Source: Paramoeba atlantica
Taxonomy: Eukaryota; Protista; Discosea
Assembly (NCBI GenBank): GCA_977017575.1
Contig: CDRNVI010000168.1
Span: forward strand, 62,001 to 126,000
Reading direction: 5' to 3'
Length of the DNA: 64,000 bases
The notes beneath the pieces were generated by a model. The model saw only the letters and a program-made list of their open reading frames with translations, did no database searches and was not told where the DNA came from. Numbering within the stretch: the stretch's first letter is position 1; each line of letters starts with the position of its first letter. Positions 21,786-33,297 of this stretch are shown here, in pieces. Both the position numbers and the translations under genes were made by a program.

Positions 21786-24227
21786 CTAAGAATCAATCTC
21801 CATCGGATTGTCCAAACGCAAACCTGACAAATTTGATGCAAAATGTTCAACCAAATAAGACGGCCCATACTCTTGATACATTTTTGAAGTAATGATTGTG
21901 TCATGAAATGATTGAGTTTGCGTAAACCGACTTGCTCCTCGCCATGCATCTTTGACATCTTCCCCTATTAATTTGTTAATGTTGGGTGAGAAGAGAGAGA
22001 GAAGAGAGAGAAGGGAGAGAGAGAAGGAGAAATTAAAGGAGAAAATTAAAGAAGAAAGAGAATAAGAAAGAGACCTTGTAACACATTAATTGTTGTTCCT
22101 TCTGGGCAAAGTTGACGAACTTCCATTTCCACACGATCTCTTAAATGATGAAAGAATGATCCTCCTCCTAATTGTTGAAAGAATATTTCATTCAAAAGTA
22201 AGAGAAGAAAGCGAAAAAGAGGAAATTGAAGGAAAAAGAGAGAAGAAAAAGAGAGAAGAAAAAGAAAAGAAAAATTTGTTCACCAGTCACAAAAACACTT
22301 TGAGCCAATCTTCTCCTTTGATCATCATTGACAGATCGAAATATCATTTCAATTGCTTCACCAATCCCAACTTCATCAACTCCAATCAAGTACGGTCTGA
22401 ACAATACTTCTGCGACTCGAAGTCTTTCAACTCCCAAACCAATCTAAGGAAGAAAAGAGAGAGAAGAGAGAGAGAAGAGAGAGAGACAAAGAAAAATGAG
22501 ACAAAGATAATTTTGGTTACAATCTTAATCTTTCATCTCCAACTTTTTAACAAAAAATAATCACCCTCTCTCTCTCTCTTTACTTCTTTTCTTTTCCTCC
22601 AACCAAAAACCTGATAAGCTGTACTGTCAGAATCCTCATGTTTATCAATCAAACTCTGTAAATCCGAAAGCTCTTTTTCTTGTTTTTTTAACATTTGTGT
22701 TATTTGTTGGTCAGCACTCGAAGCCATCTCCTCATATACACTCCAATCCTTATCATCTTTTCCAAAACTAATAGAAAAAAAGAAGAAGAAAGAGAAGAAA
22801 AAGTGAGAACCAAAAAAAGAAAATTCTTAAAAGAGAAAAGTGCCTTTCTTAGAAGAAGAAGAGAAAGAGAAAAGAGAAAAAAAAAAGGAGAAAAAAAACC
22901 CATCTTGATCAATTGACATGGATGCCTCCGCAAGCAATTTCATTCTTTTCTGTGTCTGAGAACCATGCCTTCCCTCTCCTCTTTCTTGTCTTCTTTTCAA
23001 ATCTTTCATTGAATATTCAAGACGAGTTTTTTGTGTTTTTAATCTTCTGAGCCATCCCTCTGGATCTTCAAGTCTCTGTTGTTTAAATGAATCAAATAAT
23101 AAGAAGAAGAAAGAAGAAAGAAGAAAGAAATAGATTTTTTTTTACCTCTCTTTCAATCTCCTCTTCTCTCCTCCTCTCTTCCTCCCCTCTCCTTCTCTCT
23201 TCCTCCTCTCTCTCCTTTTTCGCATTCCTCTCTCTCTCTCTCGCCGCTTTCTGTGCTCTCACCAACCTCAAAACTTTCTTTTTCTTTCTCTCTTCTTCTC
23301 CCAATTCTTCATCTTTCTTTGCTAACAATTCATCCTCTCTCTTCCTCCTCTCTTCTTCCTCTTCTCTCTCTCTCTCTTTCTTCTCTCTTTCTTCTTTGTC
23401 TTCTTCTCCTTCTTCTTCTTTTCCATCTTCTCCTTTCTCTCCTTCCTCTTCTCCTCTCTGTTTTCTCTCCCCTTCCGGTTCTTGTTTTTGAAGAAATTTT
23501 TTAATTTTTTTAATTTCTAATTTTAAATCTTTTTCATCGTCAAAATCATATTTTGAGATCTAAAATAAAATAAAAATAAGAAAAGAAAAAAAGAAAAAAA
23601 AAAAAACAAATTAAAATTCAACCTGAGCCTGAAATTTCTTTAAATTCGTTTCCTTCAACGAAAGAAGTTGTTCATAAACTTCAAGAGCATATTTCTTCTC
23701 TTCAACTTTCTTTTCTTTTCTTTGTTTGATTGATTCTGCCAATTTCTTCCCTGGAAAAAAAAAATAAACAAAATTAATTTTCTCTTCTTAAAAAAAAATA
23801 CAAAGTTTGCACATCTCTCTCTTTCTCTTTCAACAAACCTCTCTCAACCCTTTTCTTTTCTTTTTCTCTCAATTCTTCTTCAGTTGGCAAGTCAACCACA
23901 GGGGCCTCTGGGACTGGTAATTGGAAGATCACTTTCTTCAGTGGGGGTTCTGTAAAAAGAGAGTGAGAAAAGAGAAGGAAAAAGAAGGGAAAAAAATGAA
24001 TGTCTGGTTCCAAGATAATCCAGAGGAATAGCAGGATAAAAGAGAAAATTTTTAAAGAAAGCAGAATTCTGAAAACAAAGTTCTCTTCCCCCAAAACAAA
24101 GTTAAAAAAAAAAATGACAAGAAGGTGATAAAAGAACAAGAAGGTGATAAAAAAAGCGAGAAAACTCAAAAAAAAAACAGAAAAAATTTTTTTAAAAAAA
24201 CGATAAAAAAATCTCCACCTGTAGGGT

Positions 24228-24265
<38 letters not shown>

Positions 24266-26179
24266 GCCAACTGAGCTAAGGAGGATTTGTTGAAATTCTT
24301 GGATATTTTTATCTTTTTATATGGTGGGAAGGGGGGGAAAAAACAAAAATGCAATACAAGAAGAGTAAAGAAAAGAGGATGGGTTACCTGTGATTTGTGG
24401 CGATAAAGGAAGACAGATGGATTCCAGTTGTTCTCCACTTAATTGGTGAGGCTCAAATTTCTTCCCCCAACATTTAATCTCTCCTTCTCCTTTCCTCTTC
24501 TCCCCACCAAATTTCAGGTTATCATCCCGTTGTCGAAATGTCCTGATGTGAAAAAGAAGATCTTTCAAAAAAAAAGAAAAAAAAAACGAAATCATCTCAA
24601 GAAAATCCCCTCAAAACCTCAAGTCAGAATAAGGATCAAAAGCTCGAATATTTTCATCAAAATTGAGAGAGACATAACAGTGGCGAGATTTGATAAAATC
24701 ACATCGAGTTTCTCAAAAAAAAAATTAGAAAAAGAAGGAAGAAAAGAGAAAAAAATGGATAATGAGGAGAGAAACCTGTTATTTCAGATTTGAAATTTGG
24801 GTAATTTAAATTGAGTGTATCAAACAAGAATTTTGTCAAAGCAGCCCCTTTGATTGAAGGAAAAAATGAGATCGAACCACAAAGAAAGGAAATTGTCCAA
24901 AAGAAAAAACAAAAAAAAAAGTCTTCTTGAATATATTTTTGAAATATCTGATAAAATATCAAAAAGACTGGTTAGCATACCTCCAACAGATAAACGAACA
25001 ACTTTGTTCCAATAAACTTTTCCATCCAAAACTGCGTAAACGTGGGTCACCTATTTCAAAAAATAGAATTAAAAGACAAAGAAAAAGAGAGAAGAAGAAA
25101 AATTGAGGAAGAAAACATGATTTCCAATCGAAATAACTAGAGAATCCCGACAAAGATCACAAGGAGGAGGAGGCAAAGAAGAAGGGTCATTCTTCCTTTC
25201 AAAATCACAAAGCTTTTTCTAAAAAAAAAACTTCAATTTTTCTCTTCAATTTTTTGACTCTTTTTTCCACAATTCTCTCCTTTTGAAGTTTTTTGATTCT
25301 TTTTTTTCTATTCATTGTCTTTTTCAACCTGATACAGAGCAAAGAGCGAGTCAATTCCGTATGAAACTGCAGGAACACCATAACATTCAAAAAATAACTC
25401 CGATGTATGGGATCTGCAAAAACAAAATGAGAGTGGTTTTATTTATCTTCTCACAAATAACGAAACAAGAATGTTAATCTTCTCCAAGAAAAGAATAAAA
25501 TGAAACCAACCTTGAATAAGTAAGATTACACAAAGGTTCAGTGCTCAAAATTGGATGAGGGACATTCCCTGAACTAGTAATCCCCAATCTTTCGAAAGAA
25601 AAATCCAAAATTGACTGAATCAAGTTTTTTGTTCAATTATTAAATTCAGATAATTTAACAAACAATAAAGCAAACAAGTTGTAAAATACAACGTTCATTT
25701 CTTTTTATCTCCTTGAAAAAAGAACAAAAGACTCCAAAAAAAAGCAGCAACACAAAAAGAGAATGAATAACCTCGTAAGCATCAAAACGAACAATAACGT
25801 TCGAATCAAAAGGAGATCGACACACCAATTTTTTGGAATTTATCAAACAAGTGTTTCCCAAAAACACATTTTCTTCTGAGGTGGATTTTGTTTTCCCTTT
25901 TCCAACAAGAGTTTGAAAAGAAAGACGAGGGTCTTTTTCACCTCCCCATCTGTAAACCCGATCAGAAAAAAAAGAAGAAAAAAGAAAAAAAAAAGGAAAA
26001 GAAAGGAAAAAGGAAAGGAAAAAGAAAAGAAAAAAGAAAAAGAAGAAAAAAAAAACAAACCCAACACGAGTAAAATGAGAACCACAATCAACAACAATTG
26101 GGACTTCTTCCCCATACACTGCTTTTTGTGTGGACAACAATTCTGGAACCTCATCCTCAAACTCATATGTCCTTTTCAT
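21786..26179 (-). CDS. ARP5: Actin-related protein 5 (INO80 complex), multi-exon
   Basis: [46 protein letters not shown], a long charged insert, [21 protein letters not shown] and [12 protein letters not shown]. Confidence 0.85.
24213..24285 (-). tRNA. tRNA-Asn (GTT)
   Basis: 73 nt. Acceptor stem TCCTCCT/AGGTGGA has one mismatch; D arm GCTC...GAGC; anticodon arm TGTGG-CTGTTAA-CCACA; T arm GTAGG-TTCGAAC-CCTAC; followed by a T-rich terminator. Confidence 0.95.
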
Positions 26180-26484
26180 TTTTCTCTCTTTCTATCTCTT
26201 CCTCTTTTTTTGGGAGAGTTGCCAAGATTGTTGGAAGAAAGAAAGAGGTTGTTGGCAAACACTTTTAAAAAAACTGCGTGTTTCTGTCGCAGTTTTCCTT
26301 TTCTTTTTCTTTTTGGGTTTTTCGAAAGAAAAGGAAGAAGGAGTTTTTTTTTGAGAAGAAAGAAAAAAAAGTCTTCGAATGAAATAAAGGGTTTTTTTTA
26401 TTGGTCAAAACTTGAAATTTCTGTACATCAAAAAAGGAGGGGATTTTGTTCAAAAAAAAAGAAGAAATTTTTCTGGAAGAGAAA

Positions 26485-27730
26485 TCATTTTTCCTCTTCA
26501 ACATCTTCTCTTCTCCTTTTACGAGGAGAATTCTGGTCTGATTCTTCTCGATTTCTCTTTCGATCCTCTTTTTGATCTTCTGCTTTTTCTTCTTCTTTTT
26601 CTTCTTCTTTTCCTTCTTCTATTCCTTCTTCTTTTCCTTCTTCCTTGGGAGCTTCCCCTTCATTTTCTTCTTCTTCATCCTCAGAAGCAGCATCGTCTTG
26701 TTCTCCCAACATTCCCTCACATTTTTCTTTGAGCCTCTGGTAAACCCCTGAAAGAAAAGAAATCAGAGAACAATTCAAAAAAAAAAGCGAGAAAGAAAAG
26801 AAGAAAGAGAGGAAGGAAAGAGAGGAAGGAAAGAAGAGAAAAAAAAAGAAAAACCTTGCTCATTCATCTGTTTCACAATGTCAGCAATCTCTTCCTCCGT
26901 TGGATGACGACCAGTTCTCTCGAGAAAAGTGTCGAGAACACCTAACATAATAACATCTTCAATTGAATCCAATTCATCTTCATCATCACTTAGGAATTCA
27001 ACTTCATCGTCCTCTTCGTCATCTTCGTCATCTTCTTCTTCTTCTTCTTTTTCGTCTCCTTCCTCGTCTTCTTCTTCCTCTTCTTCCTCTTCAGCAGCAA
27101 GATGTTTGTATTTATCAGGGTTTTCTTTGACATCTATAGAGGGAACAACACAAAAATTAAGAATGAAGAAAGAGAGAGAATTACAGAAACAAAGTTGGGA
27201 GAAAAAAGAAGAGAAAAAAGAATACCTTTCGCAAAAGCTTCATATTCTCCTTGAGTAAAATTTGTGGGGGTAGCAGACTCATCCATTCGAACCAACAAAA
27301 TCTTCCCTTTCACATCGGCAGAGTCAAAAGGGAAAGGTAACTTGTGTGGGTTTTCTTTAGCTCCCTCTGCGGGCTTATCTGCAACCATGACCACAACTTG
27401 AAGGTCTGTCCATTGCCCAAGAAAAGTGACGCGACCACCAATGAGTTTCTTAGGTGTTTCTTCCTTTGGTGTCATGTCCACCTACATGAAGAGGTCAAAA
27501 AGGAATCAGGAGAAGAAGAAGGTTTTCAAAAAAAAAACAACAGTATTTTTTGGATGAATCACAAAATGAACATGACAAACAAAAAAATAACAAGATACCT
27601 CGATTTCCTCCGCAACCCCTTCATCATTAATCAATACACAAGAACAAATAGGACCTTTACCATCTAACATAGAAGACCATTGAGCCACCAGACTCGCAGC
27701 AACTTCAGGTTCAACCTTCTCGTTAGTCAT
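26485..27730 (-). CDS. Hypothetical protein: compact globular N-domain plus very acidic tracts (multi-exon)
   Basis: Spliced GPICSCVLINDEG...LGQWTDLQVVVM...NPHKLPFPF...ILLVRMD...FTQGEYEAFAK, followed by poly-Glu/Asp tracts. Confidence 0.7.
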
Positions 27731-28106
27731 TCTCTTCTCTTGTTTCTTTCTTTTTTGGGTTCAAAAAATAAACGGAATTTTTCGAAAAACCAAAAAAGCA
27801 AACGGACTTTTTTTAAAAGTATGGTCTTTTGCACTTTAAATTTAAATAGGAGTCGGGATCAACTTCAACGTCCCAAAAATGGACTCGGGGGCGACTCGCT
27901 CTCCCACAAATCAGAAAAAGGGGCCAGAACCCCCCAACAGAACCCACAACAACACTGTCACACCCAACCCCTTTGATAAATTTCTCTGAAAAGGAAAGGT
28001 AATTTATTTGAAAATCTACAACAATCCGAATTCAACACAACCACGGAAAAGAACAAACACCAACCAAAACTTCCACCCACCCCCTTCACTCCTCTCACAC
28101 TCCTTC

Positions 28107-29480
28107 TCAGCACCTCGTCTCTTTTGCTAAATACAATGTCTTTTGTAACCCTTCGTCCATCGTGTAAGCAGGTGAATACCCAAGTACCCGAGTTGCTTTA
28201 TCAGAATTCATAACATATGACAAACTTGCAGTCTTAATAGTGGCCGGGGTTACAATCTCCGCATTTCCAAGAGACCATCTCCCACCAGTTTTATAACGGA
28301 TCCATTGTAACCATTCTACTGCGTACGCGGTTGGTTTAATCAAATACAAAGGTAAAATTCTATAATCCATCGTTGGATCAAAATGGGTCAAAGAAGAATT
28401 AAATTCCCAATTCGCAATTGGTTCGTTATTACTGATATGAAAGATTTCACCCCCAACTTGATCCGCAGTCTCGGGATTGCGAAGTTTCTCATCTGCCATC
28501 AAATGACCCAACGCAACATTTTCAACATAAACGAAATCAATCACCGCAGAAGGAAAAACAACACTCGCAATTTTGGAGTCGATACTCATCTGAGTGGCAA
28601 TTCGATCTCGATGACCAAACACTCCACTACAGGGGCGAATTGCTGTGGTTCGAAGAAGTCCATTGATTTTATCCGAACTAATAACTGCTTTTTCCGCTAA
28701 GACTTTCGTTGGAGCATAATGGTTAAAAAATTCGGTCAGGTAAGGGGTTTCCTCAGTAAGCTTTGTTTCCGCAGTGGTGTTTGGACCGACAATCACGTTT
28801 GAGGTTGATGTTTGGATAAGCCGTTTGATTCCAAACTCTACGCAAACATCCAACACATTTTGAGTCCCAACAACGTTTACTTTATGAGACAAAGGGTATT
28901 GAAATGGCATTCGCTGGTTGTACGAAATCAAGGCCATGGTCAAAAAAACAGCATCCACTGGTCGGACATCCTCTGTTTGATCCTCAGTTCGTCTTCCTTC
29001 TCCCAACGCTGCTTCTAACTGTTTAACCGAAGTAACATCAGTTTTCCGAAAAGAAACGCTGTCTTCCCCATAGTCTTCTTTCCAACGTCTCAAATCAAGA
29101 TCAGGAGAAACAATATCCAACAATAAGATCTCTCGTTCGCCCCGTTGCAGCAACAACTCCACAACCCAACGACCTACATTACCAACTCCAATTACAGCAT
29201 ACCGTTCTCCATTTCGAGGAGGAAGAAGGCTATTCATCTTCTTTTGTCCCTTGTGCCAATCAACACCAGGAGGTGGAACCCTTCGAAGATTCCCTGATTG
29301 ATCACGTCTAACCGTTCCCCCGTGAGCTGAGCGCGTTGGAACGGGTCTTCTTGAAGCAAAGAAAAGGTGCAAATAAACGCTCACAAAAAGAACAAAGATT
29401 CCAAAAAAGATTCCAATCATAACACTCGGGATTCCTTCAAATTCCGCCATCGCCGCTTCCATAACGCTTGGTTCATCCAT
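28107..29480 (-). CDS. 3-beta-hydroxysteroid dehydrogenase / NSDHL-like extended SDR
   Basis: Rossmann motif VIGVGNVG, VNVVGTQNVL, TSTSNV, catalytic YAPTK, IRPCSGVFG and an N-terminal TM segment. Intronless. Confidence 0.9.
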   Translation of the reverse strand: MDEPSVMEAAMAEFEGIPSVMIGIFFGIFVLFVSVYLHLFFASRRPVPTRSAHGGTVRRDQSGNLRRVPPPGVDWHKGQKKMNSLLPPRNGERYAVIGVGNVGRWVVELLLQRGEREILLLDIVSPDLDLRRWKEDYGEDSVSFRKTDVTSVKQLEAALGEGRRTEDQTEDVRPVDAVFLTMALISYNQRMPFQYPLSHKVNVVGTQNVLDVCVEFGIKRLIQTSTSNVIVGPNTTAETKLTEETPYLTEFFNHYAPTKVLAEKAVISSDKINGLLRTTAIRPCSGVFGHRDRIATQMSIDSKIASVVFPSAVIDFVYVENVALGHLMADEKLRNPETADQVGGEIFHISNNEPIANWEFNSSLTHFDPTMDYRILPLYLIKPTAYAVEWLQWIRYKTGGRWSLGNAEIVTPATIKTASLSYVMNSDKATRVLGYSPAYTMDEGLQKTLYLAKETRC

Positions 29481-29857
29481 GGAGTTCCAAAAATTGAAAA
29501 AAAATGAAAAAGTAATTTCTGAAAAATGATGCGCACGTTTCAAAAACAAAAATAACGAAAAAAACAAAAAATTGTTTCCAAACCTTCTCTAAAATGACCC
29601 CGCACAAAAAAAAACAGAAAAGGGTGGAATTACAAAAATTTGTTCCCCGAAAAAAAGAAAAAGGGGTTCAAAAGATTCATTTTCACCGAAAACCGGTTTT
29701 TCTCTAACCCGATTTTCTTGTGTTTTTTTGAGTTTGAATCGAAAATGTCTCGTTTTTGTGGAATTCGAGCTGGAGATTTCGCTGACCGGAATTCTTACAT
29801 TGTAAAAAGGGAGAGAGAAACGTGTTTCCCTTACGTCTTCCAACGACGTTTCTTTCT

Positions 29858-31981
29858 TCATAACTCCCGATGAAAGGATTTTTGAGGTTTCCTTTCAAAA
29901 ACAGAATCCATCATCAATTCATCTGATGGAGTTTCGGAAATGTACGCATCAACAGGAGGGATAAAATCCTTCTTTCGGGAGACTAAATTTTTTTTTTTAA
30001 TTTCAAAATAAAAATCCAAGAAATTTTGGGACAACTTAAAACAAAAAACAAAAATCAACCTCGAGGTGAAAGATCCATCAAAGTGAAATCAATGTTCAAG
30101 GGACCCCCAAAAACATCGTTTGCGACAGTAAGTTCTGGCTGGTTTTGTTGAAAAAGAGAAAGAACTCAATTCAGTTATTTGGAAGATTTTTTTTTGAAGT
30201 TAAAAAAAAAAGGGTCAGCCAAAGAATGAATAACCTCATCAGCAATTAAAAGAGCAGAAAGGTCAGTAGTTTCCCCTCTCTGAACCCGAAGAGAATTCAC
30301 AACCGAGAAAAAAATCAGACAATATGGCTTTTCTTGTTTCATAACAATCATCTAAAAAACAAAATAAATATTTAACACACTCTATCCATGAGAAGAAAAA
30401 AAAAGAGAAACATAGTCAAATTACCTCTTCGAGATAAGGAGTGATATCATCAAGGATATCATCTGGTGTGAAGGTTTCAAGTGTTGCCCAGTATGTCAAA
30501 CAAGGTACCTCATCACTAAAAACAAACACATACTCCTTTGCATCAAGTTCAAGAACCTGACGAGTTGAATATCCGGAAATGTTCGATTTTGCTGCTCCCA
30601 TTTGATAGTAAAGGTCGTTTTGATCTTCGACTCCAGCAATTTTTGCTAACTGGTTCCCATACTTCACATCCCATTCTGTTGTTGTGGGCGAACTATTGAT
30701 TTATAGTTGGTGATTAGAACATATCCATGAAATGAGGATCAATTTTTCAAAGAATAAAATAATAATCAAAAAAAAAAGAAGAAATTCATACGAATAACCG
30801 AGGGTATCTGATAAAATGGCAGACAACATACATTGAGCCGCTTTTGTTGATGGGATTCGTAACGAGTTCTAGAAAAAGGGGGTTAAAAACTTAATTTTTT
30901 TTTTCGGTTCTGGGAAAAAAATGATTAGGTATTCTGAATAACATGAACCACAAACCAAAAACATCTCATAGATAAGAGTTCCAGTGGATCCCCAGGGACG
31001 AATATCAATGTGAATAACCGATTCATGAGTCACAATTGCACTTTGAATTGCGTGGTGATCAATAATTGCTGGAAGTGTGAAGCTTAAATTCTTGTTTTGG
31101 AGGAACCAAACAAAAATATAAAGAAGAAAAGACAAACCAGCAAGCTTTTCCCGAGGGATATCAAAATATGTGACCGGGGATTGAGACTGTTGATTATGAT
31201 CGACAAGCCCAACACACGAAAAATTTGCGCTGATGATAAAATGTGAATTGGATTAGTAAAAGAAATTGGAACAAGAAAATGACACACGATCTACTGTCAA
31301 AAGAGAGCAGAAAAAAAAGTACTTATCATAGGTCTCTTTAAAAAGAGGAGGGGGATTCGGAAATCCAAAATGATCAATCACAAATTGAGTCTCTCGATTC
31401 GGCACTTCTGAGATGGAATAAGACCCACTAAAAAAAAAAAGACAGAAAATGATTTGAGATAAAATCAAAAAAAATTAAGTTCCAGTTGAATCAAAAGAAA
31501 AATGAAAAAAGAAATCGATCTCAGATACTTGAAAAGTTCAGCTGCAGAATACGAATTACAATAAGAATCAGTATCCGGACTTAAATGGCCAACCCAAAGA
31601 CACCCAGGAGGATATTTGTCAGCAATCGATGCAGGGTGTTTGTGTTCCCACCAATAGAAAGATATACCAATGATAACACAAATCTAAAAAAGTCGAATAA
31701 AAAAGAGTCCAAAAATCGAAAATTGCTCTTCTTTTTTTTTTCAAGAGAAAAGATCTACAAACCAAAATAGTAAAAAGAGTGATGGAGGTCAAAAGCAAAG
31801 CTGTATTTCTTTTTTCCCAATCATTTTCGGGACATTGTTGAAGGCAAACCTCTTCAACTCCATTTTTCACATCAGTCTCTTCTCGAGCTGCTCCATCTTC
31901 AACCACTCCTCCAGTAACAATTGGTGGAGCCCCACCTGGAACTGGTGATCTCCCAAACCACTCTCGAATCCAGCTGTACAT
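29858..31981 (-). CDS. Family II (DHH/DHHA2, PpaC-type) Mn-dependent inorganic pyrophosphatase with N-terminal TM anchor (about 10 exons)
   Basis: Spliced motifs in order: VGHLSPDTDS, NRETQFVIDHFG, GLVDHNQQSQ, IIDHH, IRPWGSTGTLI, MLSAILSDTL, SPTTT and VSRKKDFIP. TM TALLLTSITLFTIL|ICVIIGISFYWW. Confidence 0.85.
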
Positions 31982-32445
31982 CAAACTCTCGTTGTTTGCT
32001 CACCAGCGAAGCGTTGTTTGTGCCAAACAAGACAACAAAAACGAAAATAAGGTAACTTTTTTTCGAACTTGAAAAAAATCAATCGAAAGATTTTCAACAG
32101 TCGAAAAAAAAAACCATAAAAATGACCTCACTTTTGAAGAGGAAAGAAGAAAGAGGCAACAAGCATCCTCAATTTTAATTTTTTTTTCCCTGTCATTCAG
32201 AGAATACACAGTGTCACTGTTTACATTTCAAATCTCCCATTGATTTTCCTCTGAGATGGAATTGAGGTGTGATTGTCTTCTCTGTTTTTGTCTCTTTCAT
32301 CCTTTGGGGGGGAGTTTCTTTTTTCGTTTCAAGTGGTTCGACTCTTCGTGCTTCATGTTCACTCTTTTGAGAGTGGAAAAAGTCTTGACACTACACAGCA
32401 TTTCGGTGGGTGAGTCAAAGACGCAGTGATAAAATACTTGATCTT

Positions 32446-33091
32446 CTAGTTCTCCTCACTTTCTGGACTTTTCCCTCTTCGGCTTGCCCCTTTGACATTC
32501 TAAACGAAAAAAAATAACTTTTTTGAGAACAAGAAAATGGGAGATGTTGGATGGAAGAAAAAAAGGAAACCAATGCCGCTCCAATTTGATTCAAAATCTC
32601 CAGAATAATATTTTGAAAAGTCGAGTCGATTCTCGAATCAGTTTTCACAACTTGGAATCCTTTCTCCTCAGCTTCCTGTCGAAAATAAAAATTGGATTTT
32701 CAAATCAACAAAATTCAACTTATTATTTTGAACTCCAAACCAAACAGAAAAAAACCTCATTTTTTCCAACCACCAAACGAAAACCAGAAAGCAAAGGAGT
32801 AACGCGATCCCAAAACGTTTTGGGATCACTTGGATGAGAGTTGAGAACAACTCCCCAAGATTGTTCGAAGAGGTTCCTTAAATGAATTTGTTCAAGATTT
32901 TCAATTTGGTTTGCGTGAGAAATCAGATGAAAGTGAATTTGAATAACTCGATCTTCAAAGACAACTTTCCTTCTTCGATGGTCGAGCTTATTTCCCACTT
33001 TTGCCATACTTTCAAAACAACTATCAGCACCAATCACAACAACTTTTACAATATCTTCTGGAGTTTTCTGGTGGCTGGAAGAACCCCCCAT
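32446..33091 (-). CDS. Degenerate small-GTPase-like protein (exons 33091-32756, 32675-32571, 32499-32446)
   Basis: MGGSSS start, IVKVVVIGADS (broken G1) and LVVGKNE (G4-like position). The last exon is NVKGASRRGKSPESEEN*. Both introns are phase 0, GT-AG. Confidence 0.7.
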
Positions 33092-33297
33092 GTTCCTTCC
33101 ACAAGTTTTTTGTTCAAAAACAAAAATAATTATCAGAAAAAGAAAAAGCGTTCAAAAAGTCCCAATACTCCCTCATTTAGATTCCTATTTCATTTTTTTG
33201 GTGAATTTTTTGGGACTTTTTCCACATTTTTATTTATTTTTTGTTTCATTTCTTTTTTGTGTTCCTCCAAAGGAGTTTCAAGCAAACAAAAAGAGGA

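Noticed and set aside
2282-29480. Metabolic gene cluster of MBOAT, sulfotransferase and 3beta-HSD
   Set aside because: The genes are 12-14 kb apart and separated by unrelated housekeeping genes.
32333-32344. GTGGTTCGACTC B-box-like sequence and nearby AAGATCAAGT (U2-like)
   Set aside because: No cloverleaf, no A-box spacing and no U2 branch-pairing GTAGTA. It lies in 3' flanking DNA.
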